Assembly: GCA_963740575.1 (NCBI GenBank) | Contig: CAVUET010000003.1 | Location: 870,887-934,886 of the forward strand | Reading direction: 5' to 3' | Origin: an uncultured Actinomycetota bacterium | Lineage (GTDB): Bacteria > Actinomycetota > Actinomycetes > Actinomycetales > Kineosporiaceae | Length of the DNA stretch: 64,000 nucleotides | Shown here: one piece after another, positions 40,013 through 49,510 of the stretch | Layout of the letters: each line of letters starts with the position of its first letter | Position numbering within the stretch: the stretch's first letter is position 1 | Position numbers and translations under genes: made by a program | Notes under the pieces: generated by a model | Database searches by the model: none | Told to the model about the DNA's origin: nothing | Seen by the model: only the letters and a program-made list of their open reading frames with translations

Positions 40013-41006
40013 TCATCGGGAGCTCCTGTCCTGGGCGCTGGTCACTGCCGGCCCCTGGGTCCTGGTCAGGGCGAGGAAGGCCTCCTCGAGGTTGCGCGAG
40101 GTGATCTCCAGGTCCCGGGCGGTGGTGAAGGTGAGCAGGTAGCGGGCCACCGCGTCGGAGTCGGCGGCGCTGATCAGCACCTGATCGCCGCGTAGCTGAA
40201 CCGAGCGCACCCCGGGCAGGCCGAGCAGCGCGGTCTCGTTCGCATCCGGCAGGGTGGCGCGCACCTGCCGCCCGGAGGCCAGGTTCTTGATCTCGGCGGT
40301 GGTGCCGTCGGCGACCACCTGCCCGGACCGGATCAGCACGATCCGGTCGGCGTAGGCGTCCGCCTCGTCCAGGTAGTGGGTGGCGAACAGGACCGTCCGC
40401 CCGCGCTCGGCGTCCTGGCGGATGGCGGTCCAGAAGTCGCGCCGGCCCTCGACGTCCATCCCGGTGGTCGGCTCGTCGAGGACCATCAGCTCGGGATCGG
40501 GCAGCAGCGCCAGCGCGAACCGCAGCCGCTGCTGCTGGCCGCCGGAGCACCTGCCCACCCGGCGGTCGGCGATGTCGGCGATCCCGGCGCGCTCGAGCAC
40601 CTCGTCGACCGGCCGGCTGTAGGCGAACAGGGTGGAGGTCAGCCGGACCGTCTCGGCCACGGTCAGGTCCTTGAGCAGGCCGCCGGTCTGCATCACCGCG
40701 GCGATCCGGCCGCGGGCGATGGCGTCAGCCTGGACGGCCGCCGAGGACGCGCACGGTGCCCTGGTCGGGCCGGGCCAGCCCCAGCATCATGTCGATGGTG
40801 GTGGTCTTGCCAGCGCCGTTCGGGCCGAGGAAGGCGACGATCTCGCCCGGTTCAACGACCAGGTCGAGGTCGTCGACGGCGGCGACCGAGCCGAAACGCT
40901 TGACCACGCCGGAGAGTTGGAGGGCGGGGCTTCCGATCGCCGGACCGATGGCTGGGTCGGGACTGGTGGGCGGGGACGCTGGGGTGATGGACGCGGTGTG
41001 ACTCAT
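40013..41006 (-). pseudogene. ABC transporter ATP-binding protein with a frameshift near 40700-40730
   Basis: Walker [11 protein letters not shown] is in ORF 40725..41072. Signature LSGGQQQRL and Walker B MVLDEPTTGMD are in ORF 40013..40696. The two are in different frames. Confidence 0.6.
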
Positions 41007-41229
41007 GGCATCCAGGTTGCCGGTGCCGCCGGGGGCCGACGCCTGCCGCGCGTCATGCATCCGGCATGACATCTGTCAGGCCCGGAGGCTGGCTGCCCGA
41101 CATCCTCGGGACACCTTCGCCCGGTGGCGGTCCCTGCTGCCCTTCGTCAGCGCGGGGCGGCTCAGCCAGCCTGGACGACTGAGACGCCACCCCGCGGCGG
41201 GCGACGGTGAAACGGGGGACAGGAGGAGC

Positions 41230-42636
41230 TCAGCAGCCGAGCAGCCGACCGGCCAGCCAGCCCGAGACCTTGTCCAGCCCGACCCGTTCCTGACGCATCG
41301 AGTCGCGCTCCCGGATCGTCACGGCCTGGTCGGTCAGGGTGTCGAAGTCGACGGTGACGCAGAACGGCGTGCCGATCTCGTCCTGTCGGCGGTACCGGCG
41401 GCCGATCGCCTGCGCGTCGTCGAACTCGATGTTCCAGTGCTTGCGCAGCTCCGCGGCCAGGTCCCGTGCCTTCGGGGACAGGTCCTCGTTGCGGGACAAT
41501 GGCAGCACGGCCACCTTGACGGGGCTGAGCCTGGGGTCGAGCCGCAGCACGATCCGCTTGTCCACGCCGCCCTTGGTGTTCGGCGCCTCGTCCTCGTCAT
41601 AGGCCTCGACCATGAACGCCATCATCGAGCGGGTCAGGCCGGCGGCCGGCTCGATCACGTACGGCACCCACCGCTCGCTCTTGGCCTGGTCGAAGTACGA
41701 CAGGTCCACCCCGGAGTGCTTGGAGTGGGTCGTGAGGTCGAAGTCCGTGCGGTTCGCGATGCCCTCCAACTCGCCCCACTCCGAGCCGATGAATCCGAAC
41801 CGGTACTCGATGTCGACCGTCCGCTTGGAGTAGTGGGACAGCTTCTCCTTCGGGTGCTCGAAGTGGCGCAGGTTGTCCCGGGAGATGCCGAGGCCCGTGT
41901 ACCAGTCGGTCCGGTAGTCGATCCAGTACTGGTGCCAGCGCTCGTCGGTGCCCGGCTCGACGAAGAACTCCATCTCCATCTGCTCGAACTCGCGGGTACG
42001 GAAGATGAAGTTGCCGGGCGTGATCTCGTTGCGGAACGACTTGCCGATCTGGCCGATGCCGAACGGCGGCTTCTTGCGCGAGGACTGCTCGACGTTGCGG
42101 TAGTTGACGAAGATGCCCTGCGCGGTCTCGGGCCGCAGGTAGTGAAGGCCCGACTCGTCCTCGACCGGGCCGAGGAAGGTCTTCAGCAGGCCGTTGAACA
42201 TCTTCGGCTCGGTCCAGGCGCCCCTGGTGCCGCAGTTCGGGCAGGGCACCTCCTGCAACGAGGTCGCGGGGCGGCCCTTGCGCTCGGCGAACTCCTCCTC
42301 GAGGGTGTCCGCGCGGTAGCGGCGGTGGCAGGACTGGCACTCGACGAGCGGGTCGACGAACGCCTCCACGTGTCCCGAGGCGACCCAGACCTGCCGGGGA
42401 AGGATCACCGAGGAGTCCAGGCCGACGACGTCCTCGCGGCCGGTGACCATCGCGCGCCACCACTGCCGCTTGATGCCCTCCTTCAGCTCCACGCCGAGCG
42501 GTCCGTAGTCCCACGCGGATCGGGTGCCGCCGTAGATCTCCCCACACGGGTACACGAAGCCCCGGCGCTTGGAGAGATTGATGACGGACTCGAGGCGGGC
42601 CTCGGACGAGGGCTTGCTGGCCACGGGTAACTCCAT
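41230..42636 (-). CDS. glyQS: Glycine--tRNA ligase (dimeric class II)
   Basis: Reads [20 protein letters not shown]... with class II motifs. Confidence 0.9.
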   Translation of the reverse strand: MELPVASKPSSEARLESVINLSKRRGFVYPCGEIYGGTRSAWDYGPLGVELKEGIKRQWWRAMVTGREDVVGLDSSVILPRQVWVASGHVEAFVDPLVECQSCHRRYRADTLEEEFAERKGRPATSLQEVPCPNCGTRGAWTEPKMFNGLLKTFLGPVEDESGLHYLRPETAQGIFVNYRNVEQSSRKKPPFGIGQIGKSFRNEITPGNFIFRTREFEQMEMEFFVEPGTDERWHQYWIDYRTDWYTGLGISRDNLRHFEHPKEKLSHYSKRTVDIEYRFGFIGSEWGELEGIANRTDFDLTTHSKHSGVDLSYFDQAKSERWVPYVIEPAAGLTRSMMAFMVEAYDEDEAPNTKGGVDKRIVLRLDPRLSPVKVAVLPLSRNEDLSPKARDLAAELRKHWNIEFDDAQAIGRRYRRQDEIGTPFCVTVDFDTLTDQAVTIRERDSMRQERVGLDKVSGWLAGRLLGC

Positions 42637-42692
42637 CCGGCTGGGTGTCGGCGGGTTGCGTCGGCAGAGGGCTCGACGGCAGGGCGTCCAGG

Positions 42693-43058
42693 CTACCGGT
42701 CGGCTCCGGTGTCGGATGACGGGGACAGCCCGTCGGGGATCGCCGTCGCGTGATCGGCGAGCCCGCCGTCGGGGGTCCAGGTGACCAGGTCCTCGAAGGC
42801 GGACGGCTCGTCCGCTGCCCGGTACATCAGTGGGACCGCGGCGAGCTTGACCTCAATGCTGGACAGGGCGCGGCGGTACGCCCCCACGGACTCCCAGGAC
42901 GTCGCCAGCACCCAGCGCCCGGGCTCGTCGACAGCCCGGCCGAGCCACCCGCCGGTGCAGCCGGGCCGCCCTGCCAGCGCCTGCAGCGCGATCCGGCCCT
43001 CGCGCAGGAACTGCGCGAACTCCGACTCGGGGACGGCGTACCGGGTGATCACGAGCAC
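42693..43058 (-). CDS. ABM (antibiotic biosynthesis monooxygenase)-like domain protein
   Basis: 121 aa with a ferredoxin-like ABM pattern. Low certainty. Confidence 0.45.
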   Translation of the reverse strand: MLVITRYAVPESEFAQFLREGRIALQALAGRPGCTGGWLGRAVDEPGRWVLATSWESVGAYRRALSSIEVKLAAVPLMYRAADEPSAFEDLVTWTPDGGLADHATAIPDGLSPSSDTGADR

Positions 43059-43105
43059 CCGTTCACGCTACCCCGCCGGGCCGGGTCCGCTCGGGCCGGC
43101 CAGGC

Positions 43106-46000
43106 TCAGGCCACCCGGTGGCGGTACCCGGGGACCAGCGACTCGACCAGCGCGTCGGTCTCCGCCTGGGCCCCGCCGGGGACCTGCTCGGCCGCCAGCG
43201 TGAGGTACAGATGGTCGGCGATCGAGGCCGCGGCGGCCGGGCCGCCCCGGTCGTGATGCAGGCGCAGCAGCTCGCGCCAGAGCACCTCTGCCCCGGGCAC
43301 CAGCCGCAGACCGGCGCGCAGGGCCTCCTCGGCGAGGGCAGCATCCCCGCAGTCGAGCGCGAGCCGGCTGAGCCGGCCGGCCGCGGACACGAGTGCCTGC
43401 CGGATCCGACTCTCCGCCCGGGTCCGTGGCAGCCAGGCGTAGCGCCCCGCGGGCAGGCCGATCCAGGCCGGACCACGGACGAAGGCCAGGGCCGCTGCGA
43501 GGTCCCGGGCCTCGTCGGCGCCGTGGGCGCCCGTGACCAGCGCCTCGGCCGCCAGCGCGTCGACCCGCACGTCGGATGCGAGGTGCCAGCGACCGTCATC
43601 CCCGCGGTACAGCCGTGGCCGGTTGTCCGGGCCGGACCCCAGCCACTCCTGCACCTGGGACATGGTCGCGGACTGCACGGCCTCATCGGTTCCCCGCGGC
43701 CACAGGTAGGACGCGAGCACGTTGGGGTGCAGGCCCCGCGGGTGCAGGGCCACGGCCACGACGATCTCGGTCGCCTGGTCCCGCCGGGCGGCGTGGATCG
43801 GGCCGGGGGCCTCGATCTCGACCGGACCGAGCATCCGCACCTCGACCGGGAACCGCCGCGCCGGGTCGTCGTGACCGGCCGGCAGGGCCGGGCTGCCCGG
43901 TGTCGGGTCGTCGCTCGGCGGTCGCTCGCTCCGTGTCCCGCCCGAGAATGCCCTGACCACCGGCCCGTACGCCTGCGGCGGCAGTTGCTGCGCCTGCACG
44001 TCCAAGCCGAGCACGGGCGCGTGCAGGGTCCCGTCCTCGCCGACCGCGGTCCGCCACCGGGCGCTCGGCACATCCCCGACCACCAGCACGGCGACGGCGC
44101 GGTGAGGATCCTCGGCCAGTCCCGCCAGCCGGATCGCCTGCTCGGCGGTCGGCGGCGCGGACAGCACGAGCACCTGCGGGCACCACAGCGCGGCGTCCGG
44201 CCTCGTCAGCCGACCGCGGAGCACGCCCCCCACCCCGGCGTCGGCGCAGACCGCCGCCTGCGCGGCCGTCTTGCGCTCCACGTCTGCGAGCACCTGCTCC
44301 AGCTCGTCCACCCGGCGCATCCGTTCGGGCGCCACGGCGGTGAGGTCGTCCCCGAACCCGACCAGGGTGATCGCCACCTCGTCGGACCACAGGTTCGTGC
44401 CGAGCTCGAGCGCCATCGACGCGCCGACGTGCCTGGCCACGGTGGCCTGCCCGCCGAGGCTGATCACGCCCGGCGCGGCCTCCAGGTTGAGCAGGACCAC
44501 GGCACCGTCCACCTGGCGGCGGCCGAGGCTGACCAGCGCCGGATACGGGGCCGGTGCGGGCCCGGGACCCGGGACGCCGACCGGCGCGTCAGCAGCCAGC
44601 ATCCAGCTCCGTCCGGACGGGTCGCAGACCCAGGGGGCGGGAGCGTCCGCGACGCCCGGGGCGAGCGCGAGGGTGATCGCGCCGGATCTGACGAACGCCG
44701 CGTACGCCGGAGGGAGCGGCCGTCCCTGGACGGCCATCTCGCGGGCCAGTCCGCGAAGGGCGAGGTCTACCCGCCGGGCCGCCGCCTCGTCCGCGGCCAG
44801 GCGAAGCGCCACCTCGGCCTCGAGCGTGTCATCGTCGAGCGGATCGGCCAGCGGTCCGCGCCGTCGTCGCAGGGCCACCAGGAGGCCCGCCGCCAGAGCC
44901 GCGGACGCGGCCCCCAGGCCTGCCGCCAGCCCGGTGGCCGACAGCGCCTCGTGGCCGGAACCGGCCAGGCCGGCGTGATCCGAAGACGCGGCACCCGGCG
45001 CACCGGCGCCCTGGGCGTCCCCGGATCCCCGCCCCTCGGAGGGTCCGGGCACGTGGGCCGGTGCCGGCGCGACGATCCGCAGCCCCGGACCGGCGGCGTC
45101 CCTCGGCATCACCAGAACCCAACCGGGATAGATCAGATCGGGGTCCTTGAGGGTCCGCCCGTCAGGCTGCAGCCGGCCACGGTTGAGCGCGACCAGCTCG
45201 CGGTAGCGCGACCCGCTGCCGAGGTAACGCTCCGCGATGTCCCACAGGCACTCGTAATTCCGCCCGTGTGGCGGCTTCACCTCGTAGAGCTTGGTCAGCC
45301 CGTGCACGGCCGCGGTCGTCGCGTCCGCGCCTGCGGCCTCCGCTCCGCTGCCGGTGCCGGATGTCGCGAAGGCAGCCACAGCGCCCGGCCCTGCGGTCAC
45401 CCCGGCGCCGTTGCCCGCTGCCGCCCCGCCCCCCGGCTGGACGGCGTGCCCGGGGTGCTGCCCGGCCACGGCCACCGCCCCGGCGGCGGGCCTGGCGGCC
45501 GGGGCGGCCATCGCTGCCGGGGCGGCCATCCCGGTGCCGGCGGTCAGGACCAGCAGCGCGCCGATCAGGCGGCGGGCCAGCGCCTGGTTCACGCCCCCGA
45601 ACGGAACCCGGACCCCCAGGCCCCGACCCCGGCGCTCGTTCCGCAGCTCCACCAGCACGCAGCAGGCGAAGTGCAGCCATGCCGCCCAGACCAGCACGGT
45701 CAGGATGCGCAGCACCGTCCCGGTGTCCAGCGGTGCGCTGAGCCAGCCGGTCGACGGCAACTCGGTCGGCAGCGGTGACCCGGCGAACCGGAGCAGTGCC
45801 AGCGGGGCGCCGATCAGCAGGGCCAGCAGCGCCAGTAGCGCCAGTAGCGCACCGGCGACCTCTGCCGGGGTGCGCCGTCGGTCGGAGCCCGACGGCAGCC
45901 GCGGGTGTGTGGTGGTACTCGTCACCGGGCATCGCCTCCGTTCACGGCCGGATCGCCTGCATGCCGAACCCGCCGTCGATCGCTGTGCCTGCCGGACCAC
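43106..46000 (-). CDS. Large membrane-anchored protein with a LysM domain and a C-terminal BTAD (SARP-type activator) domain
   Basis: TM helix ALLALLALLALLIGAPLALL. LysM YEVKPPHGRNYECLWDIAERYLGSGSRYRELVALN...LIYPGWVLVMP. C-terminal BTAD-like helical repeats (...LRLHHDRGGPAAAASIADHLY...). Confidence 0.65.
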   Translation of the reverse strand: MVRQAQRSTAGSACRRSGRERRRCPVTSTTTHPRLPSGSDRRRTPAEVAGALLALLALLALLIGAPLALLRFAGSPLPTELPSTGWLSAPLDTGTVLRILTVLVWAAWLHFACCVLVELRNERRGRGLGVRVPFGGVNQALARRLIGALLVLTAGTGMAAPAAMAAPAARPAAGAVAVAGQHPGHAVQPGGGAAAGNGAGVTAGPGAVAAFATSGTGSGAEAAGADATTAAVHGLTKLYEVKPPHGRNYECLWDIAERYLGSGSRYRELVALNRGRLQPDGRTLKDPDLIYPGWVLVMPRDAAGPGLRIVAPAPAHVPGPSEGRGSGDAQGAGAPGAASSDHAGLAGSGHEALSATGLAAGLGAASAALAAGLLVALRRRRGPLADPLDDDTLEAEVALRLAADEAAARRVDLALRGLAREMAVQGRPLPPAYAAFVRSGAITLALAPGVADAPAPWVCDPSGRSWMLAADAPVGVPGPGPAPAPYPALVSLGRRQVDGAVVLLNLEAAPGVISLGGQATVARHVGASMALELGTNLWSDEVAITLVGFGDDLTAVAPERMRRVDELEQVLADVERKTAAQAAVCADAGVGGVLRGRLTRPDAALWCPQVLVLSAPPTAEQAIRLAGLAEDPHRAVAVLVVGDVPSARWRTAVGEDGTLHAPVLGLDVQAQQLPPQAYGPVVRAFSGGTRSERPPSDDPTPGSPALPAGHDDPARRFPVEVRMLGPVEIEAPGPIHAARRDQATEIVVAVALHPRGLHPNVLASYLWPRGTDEAVQSATMSQVQEWLGSGPDNRPRLYRGDDGRWHLASDVRVDALAAEALVTGAHGADEARDLAAALAFVRGPAWIGLPAGRYAWLPRTRAESRIRQALVSAAGRLSRLALDCGDAALAEEALRAGLRLVPGAEVLWRELLRLHHDRGGPAAAASIADHLYLTLAAEQVPGGAQAETDALVESLVPGYRHRVA

Positions 46001-46016
46001 CGCGCGGCCGGGCGCC

Positions 46017-46925
46017 TCATCGCAGCACCGCCTCGACCTCCTGCACCGGGATCAGCTGGACGCTGCTCACGTCGTAGGTACCGAGCGCGTGCCGGGCTCC
46101 CCCGGCGTCGGTCCAGGCCACCTCCCAGTAGGCGTCGGCCCGCACGGGGTAGGCCGCACCCGGCAGGTAGGCGCTGGACCGGGTGTAGGTGAACTGGCAG
46201 TCGGACGGCTGGCCGAAGGGATCGATCGTGGTGTCGTAGGCCACCGTGCCCGCACCGCAGTCGACTGCCGGCTCCGTGGCGGAGACCCCGGGATGGACCA
46301 CCAGATGCACCAGTTGCGCGGTCATCCGGATCTGCTGCGTCCCGTCGAAGACCGTCCGGTCCACCGGCGCCGCCGGCGGCCCGGCGAGCCAGAACACCGC
46401 CGGGACGTTCACCCGGGGCCGCACCGTCGGCCCGACGCTCAGCACCGGCGTCGGGTAGGTCGAGGCGAAGGTGTCCCACAGCCAGGCCATGTAACCGGGT
46501 GCCACGACCTCCTGTCCGGCCGGGCGCCAGACCAGCTGCGTGACCGGATGGGCGTTCGGGCCACCGCGGACGGCGTTGAGGTTGTAATCCCGGATGCAGG
46601 TCTCCATCCACCAGTCGCCCGGCGCGCCGTCCGGCGATGGCGGGGTGGACACACCGGCGGGCACCGGGTCGTCACGGCAGGCGATGAACGGCCGTCCGCC
46701 GAGCAGCTCGCGCCAGGTCTGCGGTGTCCCGGTCGCGCCACCGCACCAGGCACCGAATCCCACGCCGTTGGCGTAGAGCGTGCAGCGTTGCTGCACCGCG
46801 ACTGTGGGGCTGGAGGAGACCGGCGGTGGGGTGAAGTCACCCAGCGACCAGGCCGGCTCAGCCTGCAGCAGCAGCAGGGCGGCCGCGGCGACCGGCAGCC
46901 AGCGCAGCCTCGACCGCGCGCTCAC
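46017..46925 (-). CDS. Secreted hypothetical protein with a signal peptide
   Basis: GTG 46925 overlaps the upstream stop (GTGA). Signal peptide LRWLPVAAAALLLLQAEPAWS. Confidence 0.5.
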   Translation of the reverse strand: MSARSRLRWLPVAAAALLLLQAEPAWSLGDFTPPPVSSSPTVAVQQRCTLYANGVGFGAWCGGATGTPQTWRELLGGRPFIACRDDPVPAGVSTPPSPDGAPGDWWMETCIRDYNLNAVRGGPNAHPVTQLVWRPAGQEVVAPGYMAWLWDTFASTYPTPVLSVGPTVRPRVNVPAVFWLAGPPAAPVDRTVFDGTQQIRMTAQLVHLVVHPGVSATEPAVDCGAGTVAYDTTIDPFGQPSDCQFTYTRSSAYLPGAAYPVRADAYWEVAWTDAGGARHALGTYDVSSVQLIPVQEVEAVLR

Positions 46926-47563
46926 CGTGCCGCCGCGCAGGAGAAGGTGGCGTCGTACACCTGGTCGACCTTCCAGGCACCGCCGGTTCTGAACAGGCGC
47001 ATGTCCTCGCCGTACCACCTGTCCGTCACCGGTTCCGCCCACTTCTTGGTGCGCGCGTCCATCAGCCCACCAGACGGCCCCCACACGCAGGCTCGCACGC
47101 GCGCCGTGGATCCCGTGTGCGTCACGCCGACCATGGCCCAGCGACCCGGCCGCGGCACGGTCAGGTGCTTGGACTTCCAGTTCTGAAACTTGGCGGTCTG
47201 GTCCTTCAGAAAGGAGGCGCTGGTCAGGGCGACGAACGCCGGCAGCCGCGGGTTGTCCGTGATGCCGGCCTCGGTCCTGGCCCGCAGCCAGGCCGCGGCG
47301 GCCTGGACGATGGGGTCCTTGCCGAACGCGCCGACGTTCACGTTGGCCCACGGCTGCGAGCCCGTGCCGGCCGGTGAGCCGGTGGTGCCGGCTGGCGTCG
47401 TCGTGGCCGGCGACGCGCTCGCGGGTGACGTGACCGGCGAGGATGACCCTGCCGTGTCCAGAGTGGAACCCGGTCCGCAGGCCGCCAGCAACGCGGTGAC
47501 CGCCGTCGCGATCGCCGCCATGACAACACGGCGCGCCGCGGCGCGCCCCCGAATCCGGCGCAT
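46922..47563 (-). CDS. Lipoprotein (lipobox LLAACG), paralog of 54346..55062
   Basis: Reads MRRIRGRAAARRVVMAAIATAVTALLAACG. C-terminal ...VRACVWGPSGG...WKVDQVYDATFSCAAAR matches ...VRACSWGPSEQ...WRVDHIYTAEFSCRPAR. Confidence 0.55.
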   Translation of the reverse strand: MRRIRGRAAARRVVMAAIATAVTALLAACGPGSTLDTAGSSSPVTSPASASPATTTPAGTTGSPAGTGSQPWANVNVGAFGKDPIVQAAAAWLRARTEAGITDNPRLPAFVALTSASFLKDQTAKFQNWKSKHLTVPRPGRWAMVGVTHTGSTARVRACVWGPSGGLMDARTKKWAEPVTDRWYGEDMRLFRTGGAWKVDQVYDATFSCAAAR

Positions 47564-47670
47564 GGTCCCCGTTCCCTTCGCAGATCCGTTCACCCAACTG
47601 CGGTTCCGCAGACTACCGATCATGACCGACAGGCGGCTGCTGCCGACGGCGGTGGCTGTCCGCACGCGCC

Positions 47671-48315
47671 TCAACCTCCCGCCGGTGGTGTGGTGACTCT
47701 GGGCGTCCCGGTGGGCGATCCCGTCGGGGTCCCGGTCGGGGTCGGCTCCGGCGGCTCGGTCGCTGTCGGCGACGGTTCCGGCGTGCCGACCGGGATGGGC
47801 AGCGGCACCTTCGTGATGCTCACCGTCGGCGCCGGGACTCCCGGGTAGCTGTTCAGGCCGGTGACGCCCTGCTGGGCCGTGGCCCGGCCGGTACCGCCGG
47901 CGGTGAGCGTCCGCAGCCCCACGGCGGACAGCATGGTGGCCCGCATCTGGATCTCGGTGCGCACGGTGACCTGCAACCCGTCCACGGCGGTGACGCCGCA
48001 CTCCACCAGCGCGGGCTCGGCCGCCACCGCCGCGGCGCAGAACTGGGTCACCGCCGCCCGGGCCGCGGCTGGATCGATCACGGCGTTCTGGTCGGTGAGG
48101 TTGATCCGCTCGGCCCCGGCTCGGGCTGCCTCCTGCGCGTACGCCTCGGCCCGGGACCTGGCGTCCAACTGGCGCGCGGAGTCGACCACGAGGCCGCAGA
48201 GCAGGAACAGCATGATCGCGATGATGGGGATCGCGGGGGCGATGGAGCCGCGGTCGCCGGGACCGCCCGCCGTGGGGTCGTCCGCCGTGGGACGGCTCAT
48301 TGCCGGCCCGTTCAT
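47671..48315 (-). CDS. TadG-like/pilus-assembly membrane protein with a Pro/Thr-rich C-terminus
   Basis: N-terminal TM IAPAIPIIAIMLFLLCGLVV. ATGA overlap with the upstream tadE-like gene. Confidence 0.5.
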   Translation of the reverse strand: MNGPAMSRPTADDPTAGGPGDRGSIAPAIPIIAIMLFLLCGLVVDSARQLDARSRAEAYAQEAARAGAERINLTDQNAVIDPAAARAAVTQFCAAAVAAEPALVECGVTAVDGLQVTVRTEIQMRATMLSAVGLRTLTAGGTGRATAQQGVTGLNSYPGVPAPTVSITKVPLPIPVGTPEPSPTATEPPEPTPTGTPTGSPTGTPRVTTPPAGG

Positions 48316-48776
48316 CGGGTCCCCCGGTATGGGTCCAACGGGCTGGTGAACGAGCGGGTCATCACCGTGGACGGCAGCGGCAGGCCCAGGTCGGTCATGG
48401 TCCGCGTGCACCAGACCCGGACGGTGACGTACGAGCCCGGGACGAACCCCGCCGGGTCGTCGACCGACCAGCCGGCGGAGTCCCGGCACGATGCCGGCGC
48501 CTCCGCGAGCGTCTGCTGCACGATCAGCCGGACCTGCTGGTCGGCCGCGACCAGGGTGCGCGAGCGGGTCGCGGCCCGGCTGCCGTCCCGCGCCGCGGTC
48601 TCCAGCAGGCCGCTGACGTGCACCTGCCGGGCTGAGGCGAGCAGCAGGGCGAGCACCGCCAGCAGGGCCGGCACCACGATCACCAGCTCGAGCGACATCG
48701 CGCCCCGATCGGATCGGCCCTGATCGGATCCGCCCCGATCGGATCCGCCCCGATCGCCGCGCCGCCGCCCGATCAC
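48312..48776 (-). CDS. TadE-like pseudopilin
   Basis: Reads SLELVIVVPALLAVLALLLASARQ. ATGA overlap with the upstream gene. Confidence 0.6.
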   Translation of the reverse strand: MIGRRRGDRGGSDRGGSDQGRSDRGAMSLELVIVVPALLAVLALLLASARQVHVSGLLETAARDGSRAATRSRTLVAADQQVRLIVQQTLAEAPASCRDSAGWSVDDPAGFVPGSYVTVRVWCTRTMTDLGLPLPSTVMTRSFTSPLDPYRGTR

Positions 48777-49195
48777 TGATCCACCTGGAACTGCTCGATC
48801 TCACCGTCCCCGCTGGCGTGCACGGTCAGGGTGACGCCCGGGACGAGCGAGACGGCCTGCGCGGTCACCGTGACCCGGACCCGGGTGCCGCTGATCACGG
48901 TCGCGGTCGCGGACGGCTTCGACACGGTGTCCCGGCCGACCACCCGCAGGTAGTTCTCCGCCGTCGCCTGTACCGCGGTCAGGGCGGACGTGGTGTCCGA
49001 GCCGACCACGACCACGCGCAGCTGGGAGGCGCCCTCGCGGGCCGCCTGCAGCGCGACGTTGCGCCCGTAGAGCCATAACGCCACCTGGATCATGAAGAAG
49101 ATCAGCAGCAGCAGGCCCGGAGCGACGATGGACAGCTCCAGGGCGCTGGCGCCGCGATCGCGGCGACAGCGACGTGACAGGCGAGCGGCCGACAC
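48773..49195 (-). CDS. TadE-like pseudopilin
   Basis: Reads ASALELSIVAPGLLLLIFFMIQVALW. Confidence 0.6.
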   Translation of the reverse strand: MSAARLSRRCRRDRGASALELSIVAPGLLLLIFFMIQVALWLYGRNVALQAAREGASQLRVVVVGSDTTSALTAVQATAENYLRVVGRDTVSKPSATATVISGTRVRVTVTAQAVSLVPGVTLTVHASGDGEIEQFQVDQ

Positions 49196-49198
49196 GCC

Positions 49199-49444
49199 CT
49201 AGCAGCCGTTCGCGCCGACCGGCTGGTTGGCACAGTTCTGCAGGTCCTGGCCCTTCTGCCGGACGACCGCCACCACGATGCCGCCGATGATCACGGCCGC
49301 CGTGACCAGGATCGCCGAGATGACCGCCCACTCCAGCGCCGAGGCGCCGAGGTCGCGTGGCCGGTCGCCAGCGCCGCCGTCCGCGCGCATCATCCGTGCC
49401 CGGGTCAGGCCGTGGCGCCACAGGTCCAGGGCCATCAGCAGCAT
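49199..49444 (-). CDS. flp: Flp/Fap-family pilin precursor
   Basis: Reads LGASALEWAVISAILVTAAVIIGGIVVAVV (Flp motif). A GGAGGAG Shine-Dalgarno lies 5 nt before ATG 49444. Confidence 0.6.
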   Translation of the reverse strand: MLLMALDLWRHGLTRARMMRADGGAGDRPRDLGASALEWAVISAILVTAAVIIGGIVVAVVRQKGQDLQNCANQPVGANGC

Positions 49445-49458
49445 CTCGTCTCCTCCGT

Positions 49459-49510
49459 CAGGTGCTGTGCAGGTTTCAGGTGCTGTGCAGGTTTCAGGTG
49501 CTGTGCAGGA
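49459..49510. repeat. 18-bp tandem repeat caggtgctgtgcaggttt, 2.9 copies, in the tadC-flp spacer
   Basis: Directly visible. It lies between the flp start (49444) and the tadC stop (49494) and spans the tadC stop. Confidence 0.8.

Noticed and set aside
41005-42630. Long plus-strand ORF (541 aa) antisense to glyQS. Similar shadow ORFs include 16223..19744 and 19924..22296 (plus, opposite the fusion and malic enzyme genes), 43118..45778 (plus, opposite the LysM-BTAD gene), 27430..29448 (plus, opposite dnaG) and 59194..60600 plus 60805..62325 (plus, opposite the EssC-like gene).
   Set aside because: Each overlaps a clearly conserved gene on the opposite strand. Their translations are Arg/Pro/Gly-rich low-complexity sequence typical of antisense frames in 72% GC DNA.
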